Shown here: in pieces, positions 25,097 through 37,500 of the stretch | Numbering within the stretch: the stretch's first letter is position 1 | How the letters are laid out: each line of letters starts with the position of its first letter | Assembly (NCBI RefSeq): GCF_964355755.1 | Contig: NC_092673.1 | Span: forward strand, 21,449,648 to 21,513,647 | DNA from: Antedon mediterranea | Taxonomy: Eukaryota > Animalia > Echinodermata | Length of the DNA stretch: 64,000 bases | Direction of reading: 5' to 3' | Made by a program: the position numbers and the translations under genes | The notes under the pieces: model-generated | Database searches by the model: none | What the model was told of the DNA's origin: nothing | Seen by the model: only the letters and a program-made list of their open reading frames with translations

Positions 25097-26414
25097 ATAC
25101 TTGGTTTGTCAAGGTACTTACTCTCAACATGGCTTATACATTTTGTAAATTATTAAATATTTGAATGTAGGAAAATCTGATTTTCCTTTTCTATAAAAAT
25201 CTTGAACGTTGTATTTCGTTGTTTTCCTATTCCGTGTAAATAAATCCGCCTTTTGCTACATTTTCACCGAAATCAACATATTTAAGAAAAAGGAGTAGAG
25301 TACAATTAGTTTTGAGCATAAGAACTTGGATTTGGTAAGAGCTTTTTTAGTTACAGATTAAATTGTATTGTACTTATTGGAGTTACCACGAAATGGGATT
25401 TAAATTTGTTTTTGTTTGTTGAACAGGATTCAAATTTTCATTGGAATAATAAAGTCATGATTTATCGCTATGTTAAGTGCCATTTCCAGAAAACATCCTT
25501 GTTCATATGTGTAGCCCCATGGGGAATAATAATAGTGGCCATATTTACACTGGAAAACACCCTAAAAATGAAAAAATTCCAGGTGTAATTAGTGAATACA
25601 CCCACTGGTTTGTAGTCATTTTTTTAGGGCAAAGATCACCACAAGGTGGGTTAGTTATACTTCTACTGCTTGCTGGTCTCTTGGTTGTGGGCTTGGTGAT
25701 ACTCTGTAAAAAACATTCTCCATTTTTTGACAACTCGTGGATATACCACTTATGTTAATACCACATTGTACATTTAAGCACAGTTACAAATGTACTATAG
25801 CATATACAGAGACCATGCATGTACATTCTTCGGTTATTCAACATTATTCTTGTTGGGTATCCATGGAATTCATTTAATGTAACTTTTTTTTTGTCTGTAC
25901 TGTACTGTATATTTACTCATAAGCTTACAAGTTTTTATCAATAAAATTGTACACAATACAAGTCTTTTGTCACTAAAATTTGAATATTTTTATTGAATGG
26001 AATAGTTTTAACAATTTTATATCCACTCGGATATAATAAAATCGGTTGTGAATTGAAGATTATATACATCTGCTGTCATCACAGAGAACTACATACAATA
26101 GAACAAACCATGAGATACAATAACATCACAGGACTCTCTAGATATACTAAGACAGTCGCCGTGTGATGTGACAAATTAAACATCACATTGTCACACCCGA
26201 TGTCACACACCAAGGCAATATTGATTGCCTTGGTCAAACTAGTTTGTAGACAGAGCTTTACAGTCACATTTTTTCAGAACAGTTCAATTATATGCTGAAT
26301 TCTCAGAAAATGAAAACAAAAGTGCAAACCAGTTGGTGGGTCCGGGGGTGTGGATAATTTTTTATAATGCGTTAAAAAAAAATCTGAAGTTGAATATGAA
26401 AACACCACCACCTT

Positions 26415-26510
26415 TAAGTTACGTCATTTGTAAAAATCAACCAATCACAACACGATGCAAGATGATTGGCTAATTTTTAAAACACAATGTTTAACAGCTC
26501 ATTTTGAAAG
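26415..26510 (+). promoter_or_regulatory. Candidate G2/M-type promoter (CRE half-site, two CCAAT boxes, CHR) for the KIF20 gene
   Basis: TTACGTCA 26419, ACCAATCA ~26440, TGATTGG ~26463, TTTGAA ~26503. The KIF20 ATG at 31551 directly follows a splice acceptor, so an upstream UTR exon is required. Confidence 0.45.
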
Positions 26511-26522
26511 TGCTGCTACTAC

Positions 26523-26941
26523 CAAAGAACTTATAACACAAGAATCTCCTGTTCGTCCGAAGCGCGTAACAATTTCGAAAGGCATTGTGGGATAGAATAG
26601 AGCTATGGGTGGCGCCATTGTGAGCCATGGAGTAGGGCGCCCGCATCAAATTAGAAAGTCAAAATCATAGAGGGGATCCGCTAATGCTCTAGGGGGGATA
26701 GAGTAATTGACTGAGGAGTTACGAGGAGTAGGGCGCCCGCATCAAATTAGAAAGTCAAAATCATAGAGGGGATCTGCTAATACTCTAGGGGGGTAGAGTA
26801 ATTGACTTCCTAGTTTGGAGGGGGCGCTGCTCCATGCTGTGAAATGGCGTCGCCCAGTTTGACCTTTTAACCCTGTACTTCCGATACTGTGTTTTGAATG
26901 CAAATTGAAGAACAGGAGATTCTTGTGTTATAAGTTCTTTG
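26523..26941. mobile_element. P-element-like MITE (419 bp), perfect 32-bp TIR, 7-bp TSD
   Basis: TIR CAAAGAACTTATAACACAAGAATCTCCTGTTC at both ends; TSD CTACTAC at 26516-26522 and 26942-26948; internal ~95-bp direct duplication at 26628-26807. Confidence 0.85.
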
Positions 26942-27365
26942 CTACTACACCATTTGTATTGATGGTGGCGTGGTGTGATCGTTGCAAAGTGGAAAACCAA
27001 AGTTGAATCAAAGGTGTTGTTGAGTAATTTTATACTAGTTCAGACCTATTTTTAATCAATTTCTAAATAACACATATAGCGCAATATAATTTGGGCTTGA
27101 TGAGGACTTATAGTGAACCGCTAGGCCTGTCTGATTCTGTGGTGTTTTGTGCGATCGACTGTCTGTTGTGTGTGTGACACTCATGACGTGCACGGATTCC
27201 CGCGTTCTGCACTCGGCCTAAGTTTAGCCTAGCTAGGCCCATCACATTGTTGGTGTAGCAATATTGTGTATTGTCAGTCTCTGATAATTATTATAAACCT
27301 AGCCTACACAGTGGCTGCATCTACGCCCAGCTAGCTAGGCCTAGGATCGAGTACAGTAGTAAATG

Positions 27366-28164
27366 TGTTATGCGCGATTTGAACGATTTGCGCAATTTGA
27401 AATTGCGCAAAAAAATCCTTGCGCAATTTGAAATTGCGCAAAGAATTCTTGCGCAATTTAAAATTGCGCAAGGATTTTTTTGCGCAATTTGAAATTGCGC
27501 AATCAACTTGCGCAATTTCAAATTGCGCAAGAAAATCTTTGCGCAATTTTAAATTGCGCTGCACAATTTGTAAATTGCGCAAGATAGTTCTTGCGCAATA
27601 TGACACCTTTGCGCAATTTGAAAACGAACTGTAAATTTTCCCATACATGGCTAGGCTAGGCCTAGGCAGAGGAGTTTAAAATTTAGTATTTTATTATATA
27701 AATAAGACCATTTCAATGAAGATAATGTTTAATACTCACTTTTTAAGTTTTTAATATTAGTTTAAGCTAGGCCATGTAACCTAGTCAGTATCAGTAGTCC
27801 AGACCCTAGCTAGGCTAGAGTAGTATAGCCGGCCGCCCGCGCCGCGCCCGCCTGGTGGAACACCACCGCTTCGTTTTCCTTCGTCGGTTCTTCGACGGTA
27901 TGCTAACTTATAACAATATTTGCACTACTAAAATAAGGAAATGCGATATTTATGTTTAATTTTGAATCATTCTTAGAAATTACTATAAAAATATGGGTGT
28001 GCATGATTTCACAATCTGTCGAAAAACCTTGCGCAATTTGCAGATTACTTGCGCAATTTAATACGTTGCTTGCGCAATTTGAAACACATGTTTCAATTCA
28101 AATTGCGCAAGGATTTTTTTTGCGCAATTTCAAATTGCGCAAATCGTTCAAATCGCGCATAACA
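27366..28164. mobile_element. Ginger-like non-autonomous element (TGT...ACA, 4-bp TSD) with TTGCGCAA arrays
   Basis: Long TIR TGTTATGCGCGATTTGAACGATTTGCGCAATTTGAAATTGCGCAA; TSD AATG at 27362-27365 and 28165-28168. Confidence 0.8.
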
Positions 28165-28763
28165 AATGCAATCCACACAGATGTTAGGCCTAGGCCTATT
28201 CATTAATAAAAATTAAAAAGGCCCAGCAGGAGGGATATTTTATTATTTATTTTGCTCAAATCAATCAAAAATGCATGCAAATTTCAGATCGTATGCAGTC
28301 AATAAATACAAGTCGTACAATTACAGGGGACCTAGCCTAGGCCCATTTTTTCTTTATAAATGTGGCCTGCATTTATTCGTGGCCACGTCGTTGGGGAAAC
28401 ACCTTTTAATGGATTTAATAAGGTTTATCGCAAATAGCTTGATTTTGCGAGGAACGTCATTACACAATTCATAATGGATTAATGGGAAGGGTTTGGGAGC
28501 AAACGTCACAATTGGGTCTTCCACCATGTAATATAGTGTTATGAGGTTTCTGACTTGTAAAGAGGACTCTACTCGCTTGACTGTAGTAACAATACATATA
28601 TTGTTTATTCAATAATACTTGATGATACAATAATGCTTCAGTATAATATGACTCAAGATAGTATTCAGGATAATGCAACTATAACTAAGGAACAGAGGAT
28701 CAGTGATGCTGTCGGTGAGATGTATGTTTTGGTGTTCTTCTGGAGAAGTGGCTGTGAGGTGTA

Positions 28764-30545
28764 CAGTACTGACTACATATCATATACCAAGCCCACACAT
28801 TTTACACGGGTGTGAAAAACGCGTGACTCGCGTGTAATTAGGTACTAACAATACTGTCCATATTCACTCATGCATTACTGCATTGAGTAATTCAACTGCA
28901 GCGAACTGTATTTATAATTTGTTGATGTTTTGTTCATATATTATTATCATCAAACAGACAATAACTGGAATTACAGTACAGGATAACAGCATTTTATATA
29001 ACAAAATATAGGCCTATTTGAAATAAAAAATCGATTTATTTATCATAGTGCAATGAATCATGGAGGTAAAAACCTCCATGAATCATGATGCAATTATGTC
29101 TGTGATTGAAAATACTAGGCCTAGTTAGTAGGCCTACTACCGGGAGTACAGTACTACTATTCTAGGCCTAGTTTGCTTTCAAGGTTTGTTTGTATATATT
29201 TTTAAGTCATATTTATTAAGTATTTGAGAAAACTCATAAAAAAAAACAAGGTAGAAAAGACCCAACAATATCTTTAAAAACACGATCGTTGCTGGTGGCC
29301 GAATGACGTACTTTCTGTACGCACCACGTTGTAGAGTTCATCCATTGAGTACACACAGTTGCTAGGCCAAATAATAACATAAAGGTTTTACCATTCCCCG
29401 TCGGGGAGGAAAACATTTATATAGTATTACAACGCCAGTATTGACATGCATGTATTTAGCGCGGTAACTAATGTACACCCCTGTTACGGACTGGACCATT
29501 AATCGCTGAACGAAACCACGTCGTTGGGAGCAATCCTCCGCACACAGCCAGAGCGAGAGAGAAGCGAGGTCGAATAAATACAAGTTTTTACCATTTCCCG
29601 TCCAGGGGAAATCAGTTCTCTTATAATTACAGCCCCGATACCGTGCGCATATGTTTACGTTGATATTATTTAATTGCACACCTCATTTTGGACTGTACCA
29701 TTTTCGGAACCTTGTTTTGTTTTCATTATAAACATGGGCTGATATGTCAGACAAATATCTGCTTTAAACGTCAATTTAGCAACTTATTAAGTCGTTTCAT
29801 AAGCAGAGAATGTATAAAGCAAGTATACAATGCAGACATGTTAGATAGAAATATACTAAAAGACATGTAATAAACGTGTTAGAAGAACGTAATAATTTTA
29901 CTTTCTACACCGAGCGGCGGAAAACCCATTCACAGTCACAGTTATTTGAGCGAATACTGTACTTGGCCTAAAACACTAGCGCTGTATTTTAATTTAAATA
30001 TTTGGCTTACGGTTACGAAAATACAAGGAAACATCATTTTATAATTTTACTATTATTAGGCTATTTATTGACCTATTAAAGATCGCTAAATATGTTTTTT
30101 TTTTGTGGGGGGCTTAGGTACAGTAGCTCTCTATTCTAGCCTCCCTGTTGTACACTTCTCACTGTACGCCTCACATTTATATAAAATAATACGACGTGAA
30201 CTCTAAACAAAACCCCGATGAAAAACAATTTACATGAATTCTATAAACTTTCTTATTTATTGTTTGCCTAAACAATAAAGAAAAAATAAACTTTGTTACA
30301 TACAGTAACGGGCGGGTTCAGATTACATAAATATGATGGTAGGCCTAAACAATAGAAACAAAACAAACTGATACCCACGTGTGTGTTGTCGCGGGCGTCG
30401 TACCGGGAGTTCCATATTTTACCAGTAAAAAGCTACAAAGTGATGACGTCATGGTCCACACGGCAAATACAGGCACGCGGCAATTACACATATTTTACAC
30501 GCGCGACAAACGCGGGTTATGGTACATGATTTGTAGTCAGTACTG
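28764..30545. mobile_element. Tc1/mariner-pogo-like non-autonomous element (~1.8 kb)
   Basis: TA|CAGTACTGACTACATATCATATACCA ... TGGTACATGATTTGTAGTCAGTACTG|TA. It interrupts a 33-bp tandem repeat TTCTTCTGAAGAAGTGGCTGTGAGGTGTAGATG. No transposase ORF. Confidence 0.8.
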
Positions 30546-31550
30546 TAGATGTTCTTCTGAAGAAGTGGCTGTGAGGTGTAGATGTTCTTCTGAAGAAGTG
30601 GCTGTGAGGTGTGTCTGGGCTCTTCTGAAACTTGGGGGTATATTGGCTCCGATTCATTTGTTTAAGTAGAAGTGATTAATGGTATAATAAGGTATTTCAA
30701 TGATGGATAACACTGTCAAATCTGTACTTAAATAGTGTCAATCTCTCCTGGTTTAACGATGGGAGAGGTCGTAAGGTTAAGCTAAGTGGTTTCTTTAGGG
30801 GTTCAATTATAAAATAAGGGCCTGTTCAGACCTACGGAGTTATGCTTTCGTATTGTACGCGGCGTACAACTCCATAGGTCTGAACCAGGAAAAGATTAGT
30901 TTAAGTCACTTCATACGACACTACAGTACTCTTTCTTTTGTTATGACAGCTCAAGGTACAAGATTAGTGAACACCGCTTACGATACGAAAGTCATGCATC
31001 AACGATTTTGACCTCTAACCAATCAAAATTATTCCTGCATACCATATGTTCGCCCAAATCGGTGACACTTCAGTTTGAAACGAAAGCGTTAGTTAGGCAA
31101 ATCTGAACACTTTTCTGTTACGACGTTAATTATAATACGACACATTTTTGTGGCGGGTATTTTCCAAAATGGACATCCATTAGACAGTGTATACCACGAT
31201 CGGAAAACACCCCTATTTGGGGCAAAACGTTGAACCTAAATTCGTTTTAATCGTCAATAACTAATTATCTAACTTAATTTAATTAGTAAACAGGGTTACA
31301 TCAGGTGGTTAAAATCAGTACCGAAAGTACGAACCAACTTTATATACCATCGAGTAAAAATTCTAAAAGTAAGGCGCGATTTACCAAATTTTGCCCTTAC
31401 GTAAATTTATATATAGATATGGTATACTAAAAACTATTTGTATTTTTTTATCCTTCATCTACGTATCAACATCTGTTCATTCAGTTGAGTTGTCTGGTCT
31501 ATAATTGTTTGCCATGTTCCTCCCTACCTTGCAGTATTTTATTTTTACAG

Positions 31551-34500
31551 ATGGCCAAATCCAAAAGTAATTTAGATAATGATATGTCACCATCATTATT
31601 AATGTTCGATGAGGAAGATTCCACAATAGATGAAGATCACATACCGTCACAAGAAAGTATTGTTCGCAAGGACCTCTTTGATACACCAATGAAACTCACA
31701 CGAGAATCTGTTGATCACAATAAAGAGCCAATAAAAGTTTACCTACGAATACGACCTTTTACAGGAACAGAAATACAAGACGGAGAGTCACAGGTACTTT
31801 ATACATGTATTTTTATATAAGGATATGATGAACATAAACTGATTTAAACAAAATTCTAAGGTCCAATTTTATGAGTGTCACTGTCAGATTAATTAATTTG
31901 TATAGTCATATAATACAATAAACCTAATCCACAATCGGGGAAATTATTTTGGTCGTGGTAAAATCACAAAGGTATTCAGTTATTAATATATGTTATTATT
32001 TATTATTAAAATATGTTATTATTATTTATTTATTAAAATAATGTTATTAGTTATTTATTAAAATATGTTAATTAAATACATTTAATGAGAATGTACAAAT
32101 TGTACAACATCTTCTATAAAGACTCACAGTTGTCTGATTAAATGATTTTCTATAGAACTGGAGTAAAAACCAGAATTTATAATTTAATGTTGTATTGTGA
32201 CTGTAAAAATGCATTTAACATTATTTATCAATCTTCCATTGACAATGTGAATAATGCTTCTTAATTTCACAGGATTGTATGGAGGTTGCAAACAACTCTT
32301 CATGTCTACTCATGCATGCCCCACGAGAAAGCTTCAATTTTAAAAATATTGCACGTGTTGGTGGAACATTAACGCACAAGTACACGTTCTCAAATATCTC
32401 CCATGAAGACACGAGTCAGAAGCGGTTTTTTGATGACACAATGCTTGGGACTGTAAAAGATTTTGTTGATGGTCAAAACTGCTTAGTTTTTACTTATGGA
32501 GTCACAAATGCAGGAAAAACTCATACAATACAAGGTTTGAATTTCTTTAAATGTACTTGCAATACAGTTTTGGTAAATTATATTATTCTACATCATATTT
32601 TAATTTGTTTAATTCATGTGTCTGACATGAAAGTATATTAAATATCTATTTTATCTATAATAAAATGATATGCTACAATTTGTATCCATGACTTAGAAGC
32701 TATCACTTTCCTTCCAGAAATTAACCATTGGTACAGCAATTTGTAATAGAGTCAAGATAACATTTTGATTATATTCTTTATTACAGGTACTGCCCAAGAC
32801 GGTGGTATATTACCTCGATCATTAGATGTCCTTTTCAATAGCACAGAGGGTAAACTATTTCCTAGTATGCGTATAAAGCCAAAGCTGTTTGCTGATGTGG
32901 TTATGTTAAACGACACCCAGATACAACAAGAGGAACTTACAAAAGCAGCGCTCTTGCGTTCAACATCTCTTGATAAAGGAGTAAGTGCTTTCTAATTTTC
33001 TACCTATATTACAGTCTCTCAAACATAACAGATAACTTGTATTCATTCATTCATCGGTGAAAAAATTACTTCCATTTATTGTCATTTGCATAAAAATGCA
33101 CATAAACTATGTTTGCTCTGAGAAACCGATATAAAAAAAACAATTACAAAGTGTCTCATCACTCTCGTACGGTATAGTGACAAGCATTCAGTGCCCGAAT
33201 GGCAGCTGGATAAAAGCTGTTACGAAACCTATTTGTACGAGAGATGATGGACCGGTAACGTCTACCACTACGTAATACCTCAAATGCATTATACATGGGA
33301 TGAGTAGAATCTTGCAGTATTTAATGTGTTTTCTTCAAAAATGGATTCAATATAGTCCTGCTTGTTATTCCAATGATACGTGATGCATACTTAACACGTA
33401 GATACCTGTTGGGAGAAATGTTTTAGTAGAATATGTATTTTATTTTCAGGATGACAGTAACATTTCAGAGTCTGATTCATCAAAATTGTCACAAAGCTCA
33501 ATAAACGAGAATTCCAGGTTATCCCAAAACTCACTATTAGTATCAGGCGATTGTTCAACGACAATGGATGAGACAAAAGATGGTAAGTGCAGCATTTAGC
33601 TGCATTATGGGAGCATGTTCCCATACGTGTTTGATCCAAAAAAATGACTGGGGTAATATTAATGTTCAGTGCTTAGAGGTTTCACAACATTGGGCGCTAT
33701 ATATTAAAATCCGGGATATTATTATTATTACCAGACCCCCTCTCCCGATAATTGCAGGATGTTTCATGTCTTTCACTCTCCACTGAAATACAATGTAATA
33801 AGATGATTTACTTTTTTTTTTGTAGTTGTCAACATTTTAAATGATATAAACCTTCGGATCCCAGATGATACTTCTGTTGATGTTGAATCACAGGGGCCAG
33901 TCAAGTTTTCCATTTGGGTGTCCTTCATTGAAATTTATAATGAGTATATTTATGATTTGCTTGAGCCAATGCCAAAAGGAAAAAAAGCTCGTCGACAGAC
34001 AATGAAGCTAGCCGAGGATAAGAATGGCAATGTATACATCAGAGGTAGGATATTCTTTTCATATAATTTATAAAGGTTCAAAATATTTCATAAAAAAATG
34101 TTTCATTATGACCAGGTGGTTTATGCCAATTAAACCCCAAACATTTTCCATTTGCTTTTCTCTTAAGCTCTATCTACACTATCAAACTTTATTTGACAAA
34201 ATAATGTGACATGCCCATATATGGACATGATATCACAACCATATTTGAGCACATCATCACACTTTTCTTGACAAACTAGTTAGTGTAGACAGAGCTTTAA
34301 ACTATCAAACAGTTCAGAGTTCTCAGATATCTCTTGACCTCGCCATCTTTTTTGTCTAACTCTTACAGTGGTCCATCTATTATCAAGTTATTCTTGTTAT
34401 GGAAAAAATTGCATGCTTGGTTTAGAAATAAATCAGTTACGTTATAAAATTTATTTAAACTTATAGGTATGAAAGAAGTCATGGTAAATTCCTCCGACGA

Positions 34501-37500
34501 AGCATACAAAATATTGAAAATCGGACAAAAGAACTTAAGTATCGCCTCGACCAAACTTAACCACTGCTCCAGTCGAAGTCATTGCGTGTTTAGCGTAAAG
34601 GTACTCAGAGTTGTTGATGTGGCTAAACCGCACGTGGCAAGAGTCAGCACGTAAGTGTGATGACACATATTTAAATACCAGATAAAATTATCGTTTAAAA
34701 GTAATTAAAAATCATTGAGGAATTGTGAATGTTATAAATAAGGACGCATGCAACAAAATGTCCTCAGTTTCCAGTTAAGCTTGAGGACAAATATAAATAC
34801 CTTCCTTTAAAATAAATGTTGGCAATGTTTTTTTGTTTAGATTGTCATTTTGTGATCTGGCAGGATCAGAAAGATCGACCAAAACTCAGGCTGTTGGGGA
34901 TAGAATGAAGGAGGCTGCAAACATCAACACATCTTTACTGACACTTGGAAAGTGCATCAAAGTGTTACGATACAACCAGAACCACCAGGATAAGTTAGTT
35001 ATTTATATTTTCATCTATGCATAAACAAAACTTTAATCCCTTGCTAAACTGTTCAATCATATCAAGTAATGTTTGCATCATTACAATTCTTAGTAAACTA
35101 AAGTTTACAATACAACAGGTCTTTTAAAAATAAAATAAATTATAAAAATTGATGCCAGTACACCACCTTTGATTATCTGTATACGCTGTTTAGGGTCGCC
35201 CTCTATAAATAAGTGAAATAAAAATATAAACATTTTTACTGTTTCTTATCAGAGGTCAGAAGGTAATTCCATTCCGAGAGAGCAAGCTTACCAGACTGTT
35301 CCAGAGTTTCTTCATGGGACATGGTAAAGCATCAATGATTGTGAATGTCAACCAGTGTGCATCCATGTTTGATGAAACAATGCATGTACTCAAGTTCTCA
35401 GCTATAGCAAAACAGGTATTAAGCTCTATCTAAACTATCAAACTAGTTTGACAACAAAAAAGTTTGATGTGCCCAAATGTGGTAGTGATATGACATCATG
35501 TCCATTATATGGGCACATCACATTTTTTTGTCACATAAAGTTTGATAGTTTAGAAAAATGTTTACGGTTAATATTTGCATCTATAAAAAGAAAGAAAAGG
35601 CTACAGTTTGCTTGTTCATTTAGAAACTGATTTTTTTTTTCAGATGTTAACATTTTGCTTTTTATGTAGGCTGCTTTCCATAATGGCATTAATGTTTTGA
35701 ATTTACTTTATCTTTAATTTTAAGGTAACAACTGTGACGTCAAAACTAGAAAACAAACTGAAACTGATCAACGAAAAAACAGCCATAGTCAGGACACCTA
35801 TGCCCCCAAGACAAACAATCGGTTGGGCAAATCCAGAAGAGCGAGGCAGAAGCGGATCCGATGATACAATCATTGAAGAGGACGAGGATGAAGGAAGTGA
35901 TGATGAAGATAACAACAAAGTAAAGGTAAAGTTTTTTATCTACTACAGTTGCACCTCCAGGAAGCGGCCACCTCCCTTAATAGCCGCACTTTCAAAACCC
36001 TGTTGCAAAATTAGTGTATTTGGTTCCTCCCGTAAGCGGCCACCTTTTTCACGAAAAATTAGATTGTTAGATAAATTACCTCCTGTAAGTGGCCACCTGA
36101 AACATTTGTATTGACTTTTGACAACAAAATGTTGATACTTATTGTGCTTTATAATTAGCTTTATTTCGAACCTTGTGTGCAAAATCTTTGTTTGATTTAT
36201 TTTTAATCATTCTTGCATATTATATCCATTACTTAAAGGTAAATAAATAGATAAACACTAGTAGTATACCTGATGTTGTTTTGTTTTTGATAATAAACGA
36301 CAGGGTTCAGACTCTGCAAATAGAAAAAGAAAATGGTGGAAAGAGAAAATATCCCTGTCTCTGAGTCACTGCATTAACAAACACTGTATAGCTATGGTTA
36401 TTAGAATGCTAACATTGTTTCTTTTATGTTGGTATACTGTAAAAGTGCATTATACATTTGCATTTCATTTTTGTTTGCTTCTAGGAACTGTTATCTGTGA
36501 TTGACACCTTGAAGCAACGTCTTGTTGAAGAAAGACAGAAACAAATTGTAATGGAATCAAAGATAAGAGAAGAAGTCTGTAATGAAATGGCTCAGCAACT
36601 TGTCAACATTGAAGCAGAATATAGGTCAATATACTGTAATATTACATAGAATATAGGTCAATATTTTAGCCCCAATTAATAGCGGTTTTGGATTTCATTC
36701 ATTACAGAGATTTACATTGCATTAGAATATACTGCATTATCTACTTTGGAGCCTTGTTTTTTCAACTCATTTTATTTCTTTCAAATTATGCATGTTATAG
36801 TATGATGAACAAACAGATGCAGGTAATGCAAGAAGAGAAATGTGATAAGAGAATTGAAATGTACATGCAGTCTGTGAAGAAGAATCGCAAACGAGCACGA
36901 GTGGAAACAGAAGATGATGATGAAATGGTGTCTAGTGTACTCTTACATGCTGAAGAATGCAAAGTAAAGGTACATAAGATCTTAGATTCTAATAACAATG
37001 ATGTAGAGAAAATTGTATAAAACAAACATTTCAAGGTTTGAATAAAAAGAACTAACATTGTTAGATAATAAATATATATGCTAGATTCTGCTCCCTGTTA
37101 AGCTCGGACTACACTATCAAGCTTTATATAACAAAAAAATGTGATGTGCCCATATATCGACATGATGATGTCATATCACTACCATATTTGGGTACATCAC
37201 ATTTTTTTTGTCAAACTAAAAAAAACAGACCATAACAATCGAAATAAAACATCCATAAAAACATTAATTAACATTATTATTGTTTTAGGAGCGGGATGAA
37301 ACTATTCAAAGTTTAAACAACTTAATTGCATCCTTGCAAGAACAGTTAAAGCAGGAGAAAGATGAAATGAAAGAGTCTGCAGAGAGTGACAGCATATCCT
37401 CCAAAACAACAGATGATTCTCTTCTGAATAAACAGATAAGTGAAATGCGTCAGACAATACTGAATCAACAGTCAGAGGTAACAGAGTTGCAAGAGACACT

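Noticed and set aside
25406-25758. Cluster of short ORFs downstream of BTRC
   Set aside because: No motif or splice structure; probably long 3'UTR or repeat-derived (AATAAA near 25940).
26211-26232. Palindrome CAAGGCAAT-ATTG-ATTGCCTTG as a further P-like footprint
   Set aside because: No clear flanking TSD and no matching element in the window.
27271-28206. ORFs with repeated LRNFKLRK / AQFEIAQ
   Set aside because: Translations of the TTGCGCAA subterminal repeats; open in several frames on both strands.
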